This document shows, one piece after another, positions 1 through 13,899 of a DNA stretch of 64,000 nucleotides. This stretch comes from Botryllus schlosseri. Its lineage: Eukaryota. The notes beneath the pieces were generated by a model. The model saw nothing but the letters and a program-made list of their open reading frames with translations. It ran no database searches and was not told the origin of the DNA. The translations under genes were made by a program, and so were the position numbers. Location: assembly GCA_051294905.1 (NCBI GenBank), contig CM119372.1:35342001-35406000 (forward strand), read 5' to 3'. How positions within the stretch are numbered: position 1 is the first letter of the stretch; the number at the start of each line of letters is the position of its first letter.

Positions 1-164
1 TCGGATTCGGAGTCTGAGTCAGGGTCATTTTCACCCACTCCGACTCCAGTCAATATTGTTTCCACGACTCCAACTGCGACTCCGACTGCAGCCACTATAG
101 TTTTCACGACTCCGATCCATCAAGCGAAAATGAGTCAAACTCCGACTCAGGCTCCACAGCCCTG
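1..164. mobile_element. Right end of a hAT-type MITE (truncated by window edge)
   Basis: Arrayed GACTCC/CGACTCC subterminal repeats ending in CTCCACAGCCCTG (reverse complement CAGGGCTGTGGAG, a typical hAT terminus). Confidence 0.6.
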
Positions 165-2077
165 TGGCAAATTCAAATTTATGACAAAATTATTTCACAC
201 TTCACACTCATGCTGAGAACATTTTTAAGACAAAGACTCTTCACCGAGAGAATCTTCTTCAAATGTTGGTAAGACTTTGGAATGCAATGGAATTGTGACA
301 TCTGTCCCATGAGGGATCGGTCGCATTGCGCAAGTCAAATTGGATATTGAATTTTATGCTGATTTTTGACATTGAATAAAAAAAAACATGAACAAAAGTA
401 ACAATCTTTTCCATGTCCATGTGGCTCTCTCCAAACCGTTGGCACACTGAATACTAGAGATTTTCGTTTTTGAATGCTTCACAGCCTCAATGTCGCTTTA
501 TTTTTCATTGTTTGTGCTGTGCAATCTGCATACCTCTTCTTTACATCGCCTTGACCTTGGTGGGTGTCTGATTTCAAAGGCCACTCCAAGTCGTTCCGAC
601 ACATCTTTTCATCGTATCGCAGTTTTGCAATGTTTTGAAAGTAATAAATTATTATTAAATTGATACTGATATCAAAAACTAGGCCTAGAATAATTGCATT
701 TGTACATTCTTATAAAAAGTTACTTTTACTTCTACTTGAGTAGAATAAAAGTTACTTCTACTTCCACGTGAGTAGAAATTGACGCCGCTATATCTACTTC
801 TACTTGAGTCCCTATGCTAAGTACTTTTATCACATCTGATGACGTCAGAATGGTTATAGCTACGACCAAACAGCAAGCAATACGTTCCGAGAACAGGCTA
901 TTTTTAGCACTGAAATGTAAGATTTTAAATCAGAGATTATAAAAATTCTTCATGCGATAGAAAAGAAAGCGAATTCATATTCATAATCAACTAGTAAAAA
1001 CCCAGAAAGCAACAATCCTGTCGATCAGTGTAAATTCTTCCCCTGTATATATGTAAGTGTGATTCATCGATGAAATCACAATGTCTCAAAGTGAACATCT
1101 TAGCAGTTCTAATATTGAATTCATGGTATTTCATAATATTGCATTTGAACACTTCGTTATAGTTGTCAACAAATTAGTTATTCGGGGTGTCAAGCGATAT
1201 CATGGTTTCATCCTTTGTCGCTGTACTCATTGCCGTGTGACTTTTGATTTTGAATCTCATCATCGAAAATTTCATCATGCAAAATTGTCTTGATATATGT
1301 CTGAAGCGACAGTGTAACTATGATCTATCGCGTAGGAGTCCAGAATATCATGGCTCTTCTGAATAAAATGGACATTGCTTACTGGATGTTAATATTATTA
1401 TATTTATTATTATAAGTAAAAATCGTGATAGTGGCGTCTATCACAGCACAGATTTTGTGCGCTACTTCTATACTGGTTATTACAATGAATTTGCATTATC
1501 CAAATATATACAGCATCGCTCAGTCCTATTGGCATACCAACAATAGGGTTGTTCAGAATTGACCGACTTTCAAAAAGTCCAGGTTTTCAGTCCGATTCCC
1601 ATGCCTTATACCTTAAAAACATATTCTGGCTACTTTTTTTTGTAACTCGTCCCCTGCATCCGTGTGCACATTGAGCTGGAAGAATAGCAGCTGAAAATAG
1701 GGGATTCCCCTAAAATCTGAGTGTCACGATTTTACCTAGCCTAGTTAAAGTGACATATAACAGGGATTTATGCAGCTGTTGCGGTTTGGAGTGCTACAGA
1801 ACCTCACTATATAAGTCATTCCTAGTTCAGGATATCATTTCCATGTCCCACACTGCCTTAGAACTGCTCAAAACTACCTAAAACTGATAGTCATTTTGTT
1901 GGATCACATATCCTACACCCCTCAAACCTATCCGGCACTGCTCATCAATTTCCTGGATCCCCATGTGCAAGAATACAACTGTAAATGTAACATCCACTCA
2001 CAGCCACATAATAAACATCACAGGAAACGAAAAAATAAGGCAAAGAAAGAGATCAACTTGGCAAAATATTACATAAA

Positions 2078-4440
2078 TCAGGTGGATGAAATGGTTGCTT
2101 TCGAGAAATCTGCATATCTGTTCCGGTGATCTTCCACAGCTTGTAGGAGGCTCGCTCGCTGTTTTTTGTCATCCGTTATGAACGCAGCATAGTCGGTATT
2201 CAATTTTACCATACGCTCTGCTGCATCATTAACTACTTCAACAGTATTCACAAATTCTTGAGCAGTCACGAAATCCGGATCAGTTTGCCATTCCGATACT
2301 GGAAGACTCAACCAATCATGTTCCACATGTATAGCATCAAATAGAAACCACGATTCTGGCCCAATCAAATCGACCATCCTCATTGACTCAGAGACAGAGT
2401 CAGAGATCAGACTGAGAGGCATACCTCTGCGAAATTTTTCAGGGATTGGCATTTTCAGCAATTTAGCAGCCATCGCTTCCTTCAGTTTGTCAGGAATCTT
2501 TGGATTAGCCGAGAACATGGTAAATACCACCATTTCCTCAGTTAGATACCAATGATGTTTTCGCAATTTCTTGTATGCCACATCAGCAACAGTGAGATCG
2601 CATAATGAAAAGTTTTTCATGTCATGAAGGAATTTGAGACAATTCCAAGGTGCGTCACATGCAATACCAGTTTTCAACCAAGCTGGAACATAAAACAAAG
2701 CAATGAATGTATTGATTCGTTCCAACTTTTTAATGAACTCTTCAGAATAGTCCATTTGCTCACTCCACATGAACATTTTTTGACAGTACAGGACTTGACT
2801 CATCCATCTAGCGCTATGAGTAGCACCAGGCTTGCGAAAACGATGATCAACATATTTGTCATCCAAATCGCCAAGGTGCCTGTTGCACATTCTCTGTAGT
2901 CATCTCTTATCAAGACTTTTTTCTGCTTTCCATCATTGGGTTTCATCAGTGGAATTATTTCTTGCTTTGCTTCATCAGCTTTCATCGCCAACCAGCTGCC
3001 TTCAACAAACTTCAGCGTTTTATAGCTTCTTGATTTATCAATATGTTTCCACTTCTTCTTGAAGGTATTAAAATCCGTGTTTTCAGGGCCTGTGGTTGTC
3101 GATCCAAACAAACACTTCCAAACCTCTCGAATGACCAGTTCATAAATATGATGGCGACAGGCATTGTAGAAAACTTTCCTGGTAATCAATTCTTCAAGTA
3201 ACGGAACCGCACCTTTGTTTTTACCAGTGTTTGAGGATGTTGTGTCAAACACAAGAGCTCTAACAGATTTTGTTAAATTCCAAAGTTCCAGCAGTTCAAA
3301 TGATGCATCAGCCTGTGCTTTTCCTATAGCACTTTCCAGAGTTTGAATGCCAAGAAGTTTCCCTTTCTTAAATGCGCCGGAATACGCAGACGATGCGAGC
3401 ACTGCCAAGGCCTCAGATTGATATCCTAGACGACTCTTAGTGAGCTTTCCATCCCAGTGCAATGCAATGTGCTCTGGCGGATTGGTGGATATTTTTTCAA
3501 AGATAGATTCGGAAATTTTCAAACGATTTGCAATGCGTCGTCGATAGGTCCCAGATCTTGAAAGATGGAAGTCATTAGGGTTGCCATCGCAAGCTTTAAT
3601 CAGTGCTGCAGTTATCATGGTAGCGGCATTATCACTGACTTTCAAGCGATCGAAAACCTGGCATAGGTCTTCGTCGCTGAATAGGTTTACAGGAGCTTTT
3701 AGAGTCACAAATTTAGCGGAATGACCAGATGTCGACTGTGCAAGTTCAAAATCAGTGCTGTGAGAAGTGTCAGCTACCTGTGAAGATATAGATGAGCTCT
3801 CTGTAAATTCACCTTCGCTACTTGATGCTGGTGCAGACTCTCTTGCACTCATGGTCCGTCTCTTTTGTTGCACGATTTTCGCTTTCAACACTTTATCTTT
3901 GCCACCGATCGTTGCTAATCTCGGACCCCTTTGATCCTGATAAAATGCTATGTCTTCACGTTTTTTATCGTCAGAAAGAAGTCTACTTGCTTCAATTGTC
4001 GCTATCGCGTCAGGGGCTCCAATATCCCATAGCTTACTCAGTTTGACTTCAAAGTCGCTTTGTTTTTTTGATACATGTTGCCGGCCTGCAGTTTTCTTTA
4101 GTGACAGCCATTGTTTCCATACTGTTTCCAATCTTTTAGTGGCATTGACTTTTGTGATAGTCTTTATGCCAGCAAGTAACCAAAAACCGATCACTTCATC
4201 TACTGCGATCTGGATGTGTGACTTGACTGGTTCATTTTTTAAAAATGAATGCTCTCTCAGGTGCAGCACATATTGCATAACTTGCCTTAGAGTGGGCAAC
4301 TTCGATCCCGCAATGGCTTCCTCAGATGGCCCAACTAAGAAATGCTGTGTCTGCGATCGTGTTCTTCTAGTTTTCTTCGGTACTGCTGCACTATATGACG
4401 ATTTTCTTTTTTTTCAGACATTTCGCACTACACTAATCCT
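2078..4440 (-). pseudogene. hATm-type transposase with one frameshift near 2880-2890
   Basis: ORFs 2800..4299 and 2078..2890 join into one DDE transposase: HWDGKL, VFDTTSSNTG, ACRHHIYEL (CxxH), RDDYRE, PGATHSARWM, HHWYLTEE, VVNDAAER. The frame is open upstream of 4299 (TRSQTQHFLVG...GSKLP) to a candidate acceptor near 4441. Confidence 0.88.
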
Positions 4441-4800
4441 AGAAAAACATATATACATAAACTCAGTCAAGCAACAAAGAATAGTGGAAAACATTTCAGT
4501 TCTTTTAGAGTTTTAGGTCGAACACATACTGCATAACTTGCACAGGAGTAGCCAGATTAGATCCAGTTATAGATTATCGAAGATAGTTATTCCTAAATTG
4601 GAAAAACTCATACCAGTATATTGATATCTTGGGATATAACAAAAAATTTAGAGCAACCAACTGGCGGTTTTCCCCAGTCACTAGTATAGACATTTGCAAG
4701 CTTTGTTTCTATCCCAGTAAAAAGGAAAAGAGTATCAGGTCTATTATATCAAATAGTTGTATACTGCTATAATACTATGTTCACTAATCACACGCTAAAC

Positions 4801-5943
4801 TAGGGTTGCCATACGTCCGGAATTTCCCGGACATGTCCGGAATTTCACTGTTCAAACTAGCGTCCGGGAGGAATTTGTAAAATATGCCAAATGTCCGGAA
4901 TTTTGACGTAGGCTCATAATTTTTTTCGTAAATCAGCATAAAAACAATATTTTTGGGAATATTTATGCTGATTTATGATATTTTTCTTCGCGCTGCGCGC
5001 GATTTACTATCACCTTTATTGATTTTAATATGGAGACTACCACCCTCGCCAAAACCGCCGTAAAATATAAATAAAAACGACCTTCATTTACTGGAATAAG
5101 CCTACTTGTAATCACAATTATAGGATAACGGTATATTCCTAGAGATCGTTAAGGCCGTTCACATGCTTTATTCAAAGATAGTGGTTTCAAACGGAAGGGG
5201 GTCTTTTGCCTTTATTCTGGGGTTTGTGAATATCTTGAACGTAATCAGCTTCCAAAATATCCCGTGAGTAAGTCTGGGCAAAAGTGCTGACTTCTTTTAG
5301 TAATCAGCTCGTCAAATTTTGAACTGGGCCACGGAACATTTTCAAATTGGAGATGGAGTCGCGACCATGAAAGGTTGGAAACCACTGGATGTGGGGTGTT
5401 TATAAAGCCCCGTGGTGAGCACCGGCATAAGGCTGATAAACAATCTTATACAGGTAGAACATGAACATGACTTAATGATGTGCAATTACGCTCCCTGTAT
5501 TTTCGAACTCATCATCCTCCACCAGCACTACCGCTAACTCTGATCGTGAGGGCGGAGAGTAGTAGGCTTATCTATATAGTAATACATGGAACGACCAATA
5601 TTATTGACAGAATTTATTCAAATAATTTACCGACCAGATGCATATAGAGACCAGATTCATAAAGCAAGCACCCCCCCCCCCCCCCCCCCCCCGCCCAGAA
5701 GTTGCATCGATTACCCCATAGTGTGGGCTCAAAACCATTGTTTATTTGGGCGGAAGGGGGCTGAAAATATGTGCTTTCGGTCCCGGTTACACAACACACA
5801 GCCACATACTCCTGAACCGGACCGTGGCCACCTCTGGTCTATGAGCAAAGCTTTGCTAGTGTGACGTCATAACTCATTTTGAAATCCACTAGTGGGCGCT
5901 AAAGAGTGTCCGGAATTTAGGTTGCTGAAATATGGTAACCCTA
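4801..5943 (+). mobile_element. Non-autonomous hAT MITE nested in the hATm element
   Basis: TIRs TAGGGTTGCCATA / TATGGTAACCCTA, TCCGGAATTT subterminal repeats, perfect 8-bp TSD CGCTAAAC (4793-4800, 5944-5951). A second copy lies inverted at 15131-16211. Confidence 0.92.
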
Positions 5944-6607
5944 CGCTAAACTCGCTAATAGCATGAGTCAAAACGCCGCCTGATAAGTCCTGCACCTCAA
6001 TCGTAAACACAGTCCATCAACAACAAAGCAGCAAGGCACCTGACTAATCAATGATCCCCGTTTCACAGCCGTGCGCAGCGCTTCATCAGCGCTAGAACAT
6101 ACGCGTCACGTCAATGAGAACACACGCCATTCCTGTCGAGTCACTGACAACGGGGGAATCCCCTAATTCCGAATAAATTTTTAGGTGCATGAGACAACGG
6201 CAATGTGCACACGGATGCAGGGGATGAACTACAAAAAAAAGTTGCCAGAATTTGTTTTCAAGGTATAAGGCATGGGAAACGGACTGAAAACCTAGACTTT
6301 TTGAAAGTCGGTCAATTCTGAACAACCCTAACCAACATGCATGTTCATATTATATCTAACGATTGAACTTTTGATTTGCATCTGATCGTTTCAACACTAA
6401 TTCCATTACGAGACAACCCGAACTTCAACTCATGCCTGCTTAAGTCCGTCCCGTTATAGTATGGTGAAAGGATTGTGTTGTGCAATGACAAGGAATTTTA
6501 TGACCCTCGGGAGTCGGGATCTCATTACCTAAGTTTAGTGACTTACTCTCGGGTTGCAATCGATCTTGCAGCTCGTAAATTTGTATTTAATACATGCATG
6601 TCCATCG

Positions 6608-8097
6608 ATGGACGGAATATCACAACGCTTCTATAATATTACAGGATATGCTAATTTGAACGCAGGGGTTATCCAAATTAGTGAAGCAGTGACCCATCTT
6701 AACATCTCCGGAAGTAATATCGGAAAAATCGAAATTATTAATTCACCGCAAGGTAAGCGAGTATCTTTTATGGGAGAGTCATTTGCTATATTCTGGTAGT
6801 TCATTAGAATACCCAACACAGAATATTATTGAGCAACATCTTCAGCATATAATTTCCAATGCTAACCTATGGAAATGATATTCCGTTTCATAAAACGTAC
6901 GGAGATTTCGGTAGCGGCCGACCAACCATTTTCATCCTCATGGGACGATTGGACGTGTAGTAATTTAACAGACAGAAGAAAACGTTACATCAGCACCGAG
7001 TGCTTTAAATTACGCCAACCAGCTGCGCATTTTAGAGTGTGTGAAAATACGCGGTAGTCCACATTGTGCTCAGTCGTGGTGGGAATGAATGTGTCGATTG
7101 AAACAAAAGTTTGTTTTCGGCGAAAAGGATTGCAATTCGATTTTGGTACAATATTATCAATTAGAATTACTCCTGTGAAACGAGTCTTGAACAATAGAGA
7201 TGCTATATTTGGATCTTTTAGATCCGACAACGTCAGGGGAGCTGATCACCACCATGAAAGCAAGGGAAACCCTCAAATGTATTTCCAGGGTACCGTTTGC
7301 GTCAAAATCTGTTGATGTAGAAAACACAGGATGCGACATCGAAGTCGGTGGCTGCGTCGTAACTTTCCCCGCAGGAGCATTTTCCGAAATGCAAACTGTC
7401 ACTGTTTCCACGGAAATTGACGTAGATAAATGGCCGGAAAATATAGAGGCAATCAGCCCCACTGTATACATTACCGCGGAAAGACTTCAAAAAAGAGCCT
7501 CAGTGAAATTGCACACTTGGTGTTCTGGTGGGATGGAAAGCCAAGAGATAGATCTGATGCATTACGATGAACGTTCCGAGACATGGTCGTGTATGAACAC
7601 TCTGTCAGTGGATAATTCCGGATACGTTGAATTCCAAACCCGTCATTTCAGTTCCTGGATCGCGGCCTATTCCAACCCGATCAATCCAACTTATGTCATA
7701 AGGCCAATAATCTATTTCAAGGAAAGTCACTTCGTCGTAGCTATGGTCCGTGATACGCTTCTTGCCAAAGCGCATTTGATGGAGAAAATGAAAGAAGAAT
7801 ATGGGTGTGATGTGAAGAACAGACAACTTCCTCCATTGGAATGCAAAAAGAACCTAACAATTCGAAGTAGTGTCGAGTGCCTTATTCCGAAGCAGGGTTT
7901 TCTATTTGAGCCAACCGGTTCGTTCACGCATGCCATACGGGATATTATTAAGCACTCCGCTCCGAATGTTCGTTGTTTCCAATTACGACCGGAGAGTTCT
8001 GCGACATCAAATGTCAACCTCACAATTCAGGTTCAGCTGAAAGATGGAACAAGGCTGTTACAGGCACAGGACTGCATCATACATAATATTCAACATG
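6608..8097 (+). CDS. ZU5-UPA domain protein (PIDD/UNC5CL/ankyrin-type module); exons 6608(or 6645)-6752 and 7222-8097; 3' end unresolved
   Basis: The 876-nt exon encodes ZU5-like GCDIEVGGCVVTFPAGAF...ISPTVYI...KRASVKLHTWC...FQTRHFSSW followed by a beta-rich UPA-like region. The upstream exon ends G|GTAAG (6752) and joins TTTAG|AT (7222) in phase 1. Donor G|GTTAGT at 8097. Confidence 0.72.
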
Positions 8098-10988
8098 GTT
8101 AGTGACATTAATGTTCTGCTCTGGAATGTATGTGTCGAAAACTATATTGCGTGTTGTTGACAAAAACTCATTTTAAGTATGGATAATCAATGATGCCGTC
8201 ACCAACGCATCCAGGACGGCCAGTATGACGTGAAATAACTATCTCGCTAAATTTTGGGTGTTACCTGTTCAGAATACGTTTTATGTTGCAGTTATAGGCG
8301 ATTGTCTTGCGTACTGGTGTGGTTGTGCGTCTTTTCTACTCAAACAAGCATATAGCTGCTCCGTAATGACATAAGTTAAAACGAAATACGACGATAGTTT
8401 TGGGTGGTGAAGACTCGGGATAAATCTGAAGTGGAAAATGAAGACAAAAAGGTTGGGAACCACTGATCTATAAAATCCGACTTTAAATGAGCGATAAGGT
8501 CATGACCTGAAGCCAACCGAACGTGTCCGCGTTTGGGAAAAATAAATGTTAACAATATTACCAATGTCTACCTAAATGAAAGCGGGCAATGTTCAGAATT
8601 GTCGACTACTTCAAATATATTAGATGTTTGTCAGTTAATCATGACATTTTCCACACTTACCTATTTGAGGGAAGTTTCGCATCCTATTGGCAGGGGTGGT
8701 CGTAGAAGAAAATGTGTGCTGCCGTCGACACGTTATTCAAATAGTGTGTTGGCGACCGTCGAGATAATAAATTATTTTAGGAATTAACCTCGAATTTTAG
8801 AGAGAATTTGATTATTATTGCAATTTTCTTAGCGCAATGCGATATTGAATGCAACTTCACATTTTGATTTTAATATAGAACGTCCTTTCCAATCTGAGCC
8901 CAACAGTACAGATCTGAACTGCAGCGGAAAATCATGCGCCCCTTATAAAAATAAATTTGTCACGAAGCAAATTTGTTTCTGGTACATTTGGGCGATTCCA
9001 ATATCTTTCCACCATACCTCGAATGCTGATGAAAGGTAGAGGAATGAAAGCATGTAATAATGACACGACTAATAACAATTGGCCCCCCAAAGATGCTCTA
9101 TAATTTTTAACACGCCCTAAATTTTCGAAAACACTCACTCCATCAAGTCTACCGGTGAATCTAATCACATGGCCTGAGAACGGTGAATATTTGATAATGA
9201 TATTGGAACAACTAATATTAATGACGAAATTCATTACTGAATGTGAAATTGTTTTACTACGCGCGGCCATAGCGAAGCTACGTATAGTAAGTGCATTAGA
9301 GCGGAGTTCACTGGAAATGGACATGTACCGTAGAGATGATCAGATTCGGACATTTTTTTTAAACTTGTTTTGCGCAGCTCTAAATGATAGTTTAGTACAT
9401 AAAAACACTTTTACAAGCGATTTTGGTCATATTCATCGCGATCTTCCTTGTCCGCAAAGCTCGACATCCAGTTAGTTAATTATGGTTAATTGGATATGTC
9501 CGGAATGCTGCGGTATGCTACGTAAGTAATCGAAACGCTGCCACAAATAGCAGAAAGCTGGACCACCAATGCTATTAGCATAAATATACCAAGCTAAAAT
9601 GCAGATTTCGTGACTGAAGTGACTAGAGACTGCATGTACCATGCTAATTGCTACCGGATATGCCTATAGACTCGTTGCATCTTATAGCTTTAAACTGACT
9701 TCAATGGCGTGCTAAGAACATACAAAATCGGCATTGGGAAATTCTTCAAACTTTGGAACCGTGTCACTCGGATCTGAGAACTGTATATAACAATGTCCTA
9801 CAGTGGGGCGAAGGGGGTGTTTCGTTCAATACTAAAATTGTTCATGCTATGCTTTACCTACGGCGTAGCTCCTACACCGACATTGATCAATAGCTCTATT
9901 GGGATATCTATAACCCGTCATATTCAATGACTGACCGGATAATTGCCACTACACATCTTTAAACTCGCTATAGCCATCACGAAATATTTCACTTTCGACA
10001 CGAGAATATATTGTATTTTGGAATTTATTCAAGATGTCGTATATTTCTGAAGGTACTGATAAATTTCATATAAACACTGTTGATTTTTGTGAATGCATAA
10101 ATCCACCCAATAAAAGATTTTATTATGACAAATTGATAAAATACTGATGATACCAATTCTTTGGATTCTTTTGGTTAGGAATGTGACTAATATGTCATAA
10201 TGTGTATATGGCCTTATTTGTCTACATCACTGTTTTTCTTTACGCGTTTTTCATATATAAATTATTCACATTGCCTGTTCAGTTGGTCCTGACCAAAGTA
10301 ATGCGGATGACTGAATGGAAATTGCCAAAGCGACGACATCAAAATTACATCGGAAAATACAACATTGGATGGAAAGTGTACAGTAATAACGAAGCAGATG
10401 ATTATATCTGCCTCAAGCATTGATGACTTATTGTTGTTAAGTGTTAATTTTCTTACCTCTTTTGAAATCCTCATTTATTGATCGATGTTATCTAATTACA
10501 TATTGTTGACGTGGGTCCTAATCCTAAAGTATAGTATAGTTTCCTTTGTATTAATGTTTGATAGGGGTGACCATGATTTAGATACTGTAAGTAGCTACAG
10601 AATCGTTAGCATTTTTTAAATCTAATATAGTGCTTCCAAATTCTTACCTCACCAGCAAATGACACGTTCGTTCGAGGAAAGCAAATTTATTATTCCTACG
10701 ACCAGCCGTTGAACTATACCCTTCTACAGCTGTGTAATACTCGCATTGTATTGGCATATCATCGTTTATAACAATTTTTCACTGTACATATGTGTTATAT
10801 CTTTGTCGCATAAATTGTGAATACATCGCATGAAATATAATTTGTCGTCTATGTTACTCTGTCAGTAAACTCTCCTTACATCTTGAAGAACTATCCAGCG
10901 GTATAGAAAAAATAGCTATTGCACTTCACCTTGGAGTGGTCGACAGAATAAATCCGCACAGATAGGAGACAATACCCACCATCTATGT

Positions 10989-11463
10989 CAGAGGTGGGCA
11001 ACATACGATCCGCGGCGCCACAGGATTTCGACCTACCCGCAGAGCGTTTCTACCCTGAATGCGACATTCTAATCTGAAACCGTTGAAATTTGTTATACGT
11101 CACAGAATGAATCCAAGTTTTCCAACCTGAGAAAGATGGTCATAAAAGATGAAACTAACTGTTCTGCTCGAGTCTGCAAACATTTGCGAGCAAACCAACA
11201 TTATTAACAAGAAGAGGCTGCGTTCCGATATAGCTGAATTTCACATGCAGTCTTTACTAAGAGTTACATCGAACATGCGGTCAGAGTGCAACATAATCAT
11301 TAGAATTTGTTTTGGGTCTCTATGGTTTAAACTTAAATTTTACGTTAAATACAATGTATTCATTGTATAGCTGAATGAATACGTGATTAATGTATCGATT
11401 ATGCAATCCGGCCCGCCAGTACTTCCTTTTCCCATACCAGACCAAAGAAGTTGCCCGCCCCTG
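10989..11463. mobile_element. hAT (Buster/Charlie-like) MITE
   Basis: CAGAGGTGGGCAAC ... GTTGCCCGCCCCTG termini; degenerate TSD ATCTATGT / ATCTACAT; ends related to those of 32793-34465. Confidence 0.7.
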
Positions 11464-13299
11464 ATCTACATCTAACTTTGGTAATTGTCGGGATCTTCAT
11501 TGATAGGTCGCGTTAAATCGTCCATTTATTTTGCACAGTGGCTATGCGAATGACTTAAAAGTTTTTTACTTTGAAATCTGGCACAATAATTTCACCTTCC
11601 GCTCCTTCGACATCAGTTTTTTTCTCGCTTTTACGCGTCCAGCCGTCCATATCTCCCGCTGGCGATTTCTTTAGATTCGGCTCACCTTCAATTTCAGTTT
11701 TTTATATTCACTGCATTCTCAGTGAGGTCATCCGCAAGGAATCACTGGTAAATTATTGGAGATCACACAGTTCGACTGTATGTGTCAAACACAATGACGA
11801 GATAGCCATAGAAATTTTATTTTGATTAGAGATCGCTACTGTGTGTAAGGAAAAGTTGAAAGGCGATACTTGGTATATTCACCCTGATTACCTAAGATTG
11901 GACACCAAAATTTAATCCCCAGTTAAGAATCACATAGACAACATGTCGTATCTAACAGTTCACTAATTCCATTCTTCACACGTTCTTCGAGGCCACTGGC
12001 GTAGCCAGAGAGGGGCGAAAGGGGCGATCGCTCCCCCAAATTTTTGGAAACTTTTCCTAAAATCAATAAATATAACAGTATTTTGGGGCAGATGAATGCA
12101 ACCTAAAAAACTTCTTCGCGTTTTGCGCGATTTAGTGTCCATACACGTCTTGTTTTTATTATCGGAATCCCGAAAAAAAAATTATTCTGCAAATACCATG
12201 AACACCCCAATACAAACAAACAAATACTGTAAGCACTAAGCAGTACCGGTAATTGGTAATTACCAAAGGCAAACCAGTACCGGCAGTACCGATACCGCGA
12301 AACTCTCAGTCATTGTATGTCTACAGGTGGATTTATTAGATATATACCTTGTCTGATACATTTTACCTGTGCAGTGTACATTGGTTAGAAACTGGGTTAA
12401 GCAGGTACATATAATCGTGGTATGTCATGGGTTCGCTGATGTATATCTCAGATACCGGTACATCTCGGTACACGACGTCTGAAAACCTTTTTGTTGACTA
12501 GTTAACAGCAGTGTAATTCTTGATGTCAGATCTCGTCTATTCTCCTCTTTATCAGACTTCGTTACGAAATGTAGTGGCGCATATTATAATAGTCAGAAAT
12601 GGAGTATGCATCATTATGGAGAATGAATCAACCAGACCCAGGGATCATATTCAATGCTTGATACCTGAGGGCGAATCGAAGATTGAAAAAGAAAGAATCC
12701 CAGAGTTATATTTGAATATTGTTAAGACTTAATTCATTTACAATAAAATTATAATGCATTTGAATGTTGTTCTCTATCATATCGAGAAATTCATCTATGA
12801 TTACTTGACAGTTGATGCAGTCACTGAGGCAATGGAACACAGAAAGGCTTGGTGTGTGTAGCATAGCATAGTAGGATACTGCTAGAACTCCAAAAATTTG
12901 GATCGGCAACCGTTCAACTGGGTCAACTAGATTATGCGTTTTCAGCATTGAAATATGATATTGGTTCGTTAATGGAAAAGTGTGTGCATATAAGACGTCA
13001 TTTTATTCATTGACAAACCTATGTATACCCATCGAAATATTCATTTTGCGATCTATCAGGAGCTGTGCAATGTGTATCCATTTCGAGACTTAGGACAGAA
13101 CGCGCAAGAGCTGTAGTTGCCGCTTGTGGGCACTGCCGGGACCATGCAGTGTGCACTGCTTCGCGACTTACGACTCGCAACGCCCAACTCGCTATGTTGC
13201 GTCGCGAGGTCAGTGTGCAGCGGGCTTAATACAGATATTGCGATCTGCCGTTTCAAGTAACGGCAAAGAACAAGTCGGTTATGATATATATCTGCACCG

Positions 13300-13895
13300 T
13301 TGATTGTTAATGCTGCGATGAGGAAATCGTGATGTTTCATTTGACGAGTACAAAATTTCGAATCGTTGTCCGGTGTAGGCTACGACGTACATAGGCCTAC
13401 TCCCCGCCAAGCTGCAATGCTCATGTTCAATCTCAATTTAACTAATAACCCTTTAACTAAGCCTAACCAAACCTCAATACATAAGTTAGTATTTAAAACT
13501 AGGCAGAGTGGTTAATATTATCCTGCTGTGAGATAATTGCGTTTGGAGTATATTTATAACCTGATACACGACATGCCGGTCATTCTTACATCACACTACT
13601 ACATTATACATCGAATTCACTGCTTGTGGATAATTCGTTACACAATGACGAGCAAAAGTAATACTAGTGACGTTATAATGAGCAGTAGCGTTTGAATGCC
13701 CTACGTTTCTGCTATCAATAACGTGATTTAACGCATTCTTCCTTGTTTACGAATGTTCAGTTGTCAGATCCTTGTAAAAGTGAAAACTAATCGTTCTTTC
13801 ACAAATGAATCAATTATATATACGATATAATCGATTACGATTACGATTACTTTGGATTTTTTTCGAATGTAATTGATTGCGAATACGATTACTTG
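13300..13895. mobile_element. Fragment of the GATTAC-repeat hAT MITE family
   Basis: Aligns by eye with 48930-49010 and 49674-50170 (e.g. AGGCAGAGTGG..TATCCTGCTG) and ends in CGATTACGATTAC repeats. Confidence 0.6.
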
Positions 13896-13899
13896 AAAA

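Larger units (their letters stand above)
1544..6330 (-). mobile_element. hAT-superfamily (hATm-like) DNA transposon, full length
   Basis: TIR TAGGGTTGTTCAGAATTGACCGACTTTCAAAAAGTC at 1544 and its reverse complement ending at 6330, with ~150 bp of further imperfect inverted similarity. Flanks ACCAACAA (1536-1543) and ACCAACAT (6331-6338) form an 8-bp TSD with one mismatch. Transposase inside. Confidence 0.92.

Noticed and set aside
3950..4516. 188-aa plus-strand ORF (also 23218..23589, 57237..57614, 46150..46677)
   Set aside because: These are antisense shadows of the transposase, Bcl-2-like and ChAT coding sequences.
5670..5692. Poly-C/poly-G tracts (also ~60814-60829) as regulatory G-quadruplexes
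   Set aside because: They are homopolymer expansions inside MITEs; the sister copy at 15131-16211 has only a short run.
8845..9475. Candidate NACHT exon downstream of ZU5
   Set aside because: No Walker A/B motifs; part of the sequence matches the repeat family at 18150-18480 and 33400-33780.
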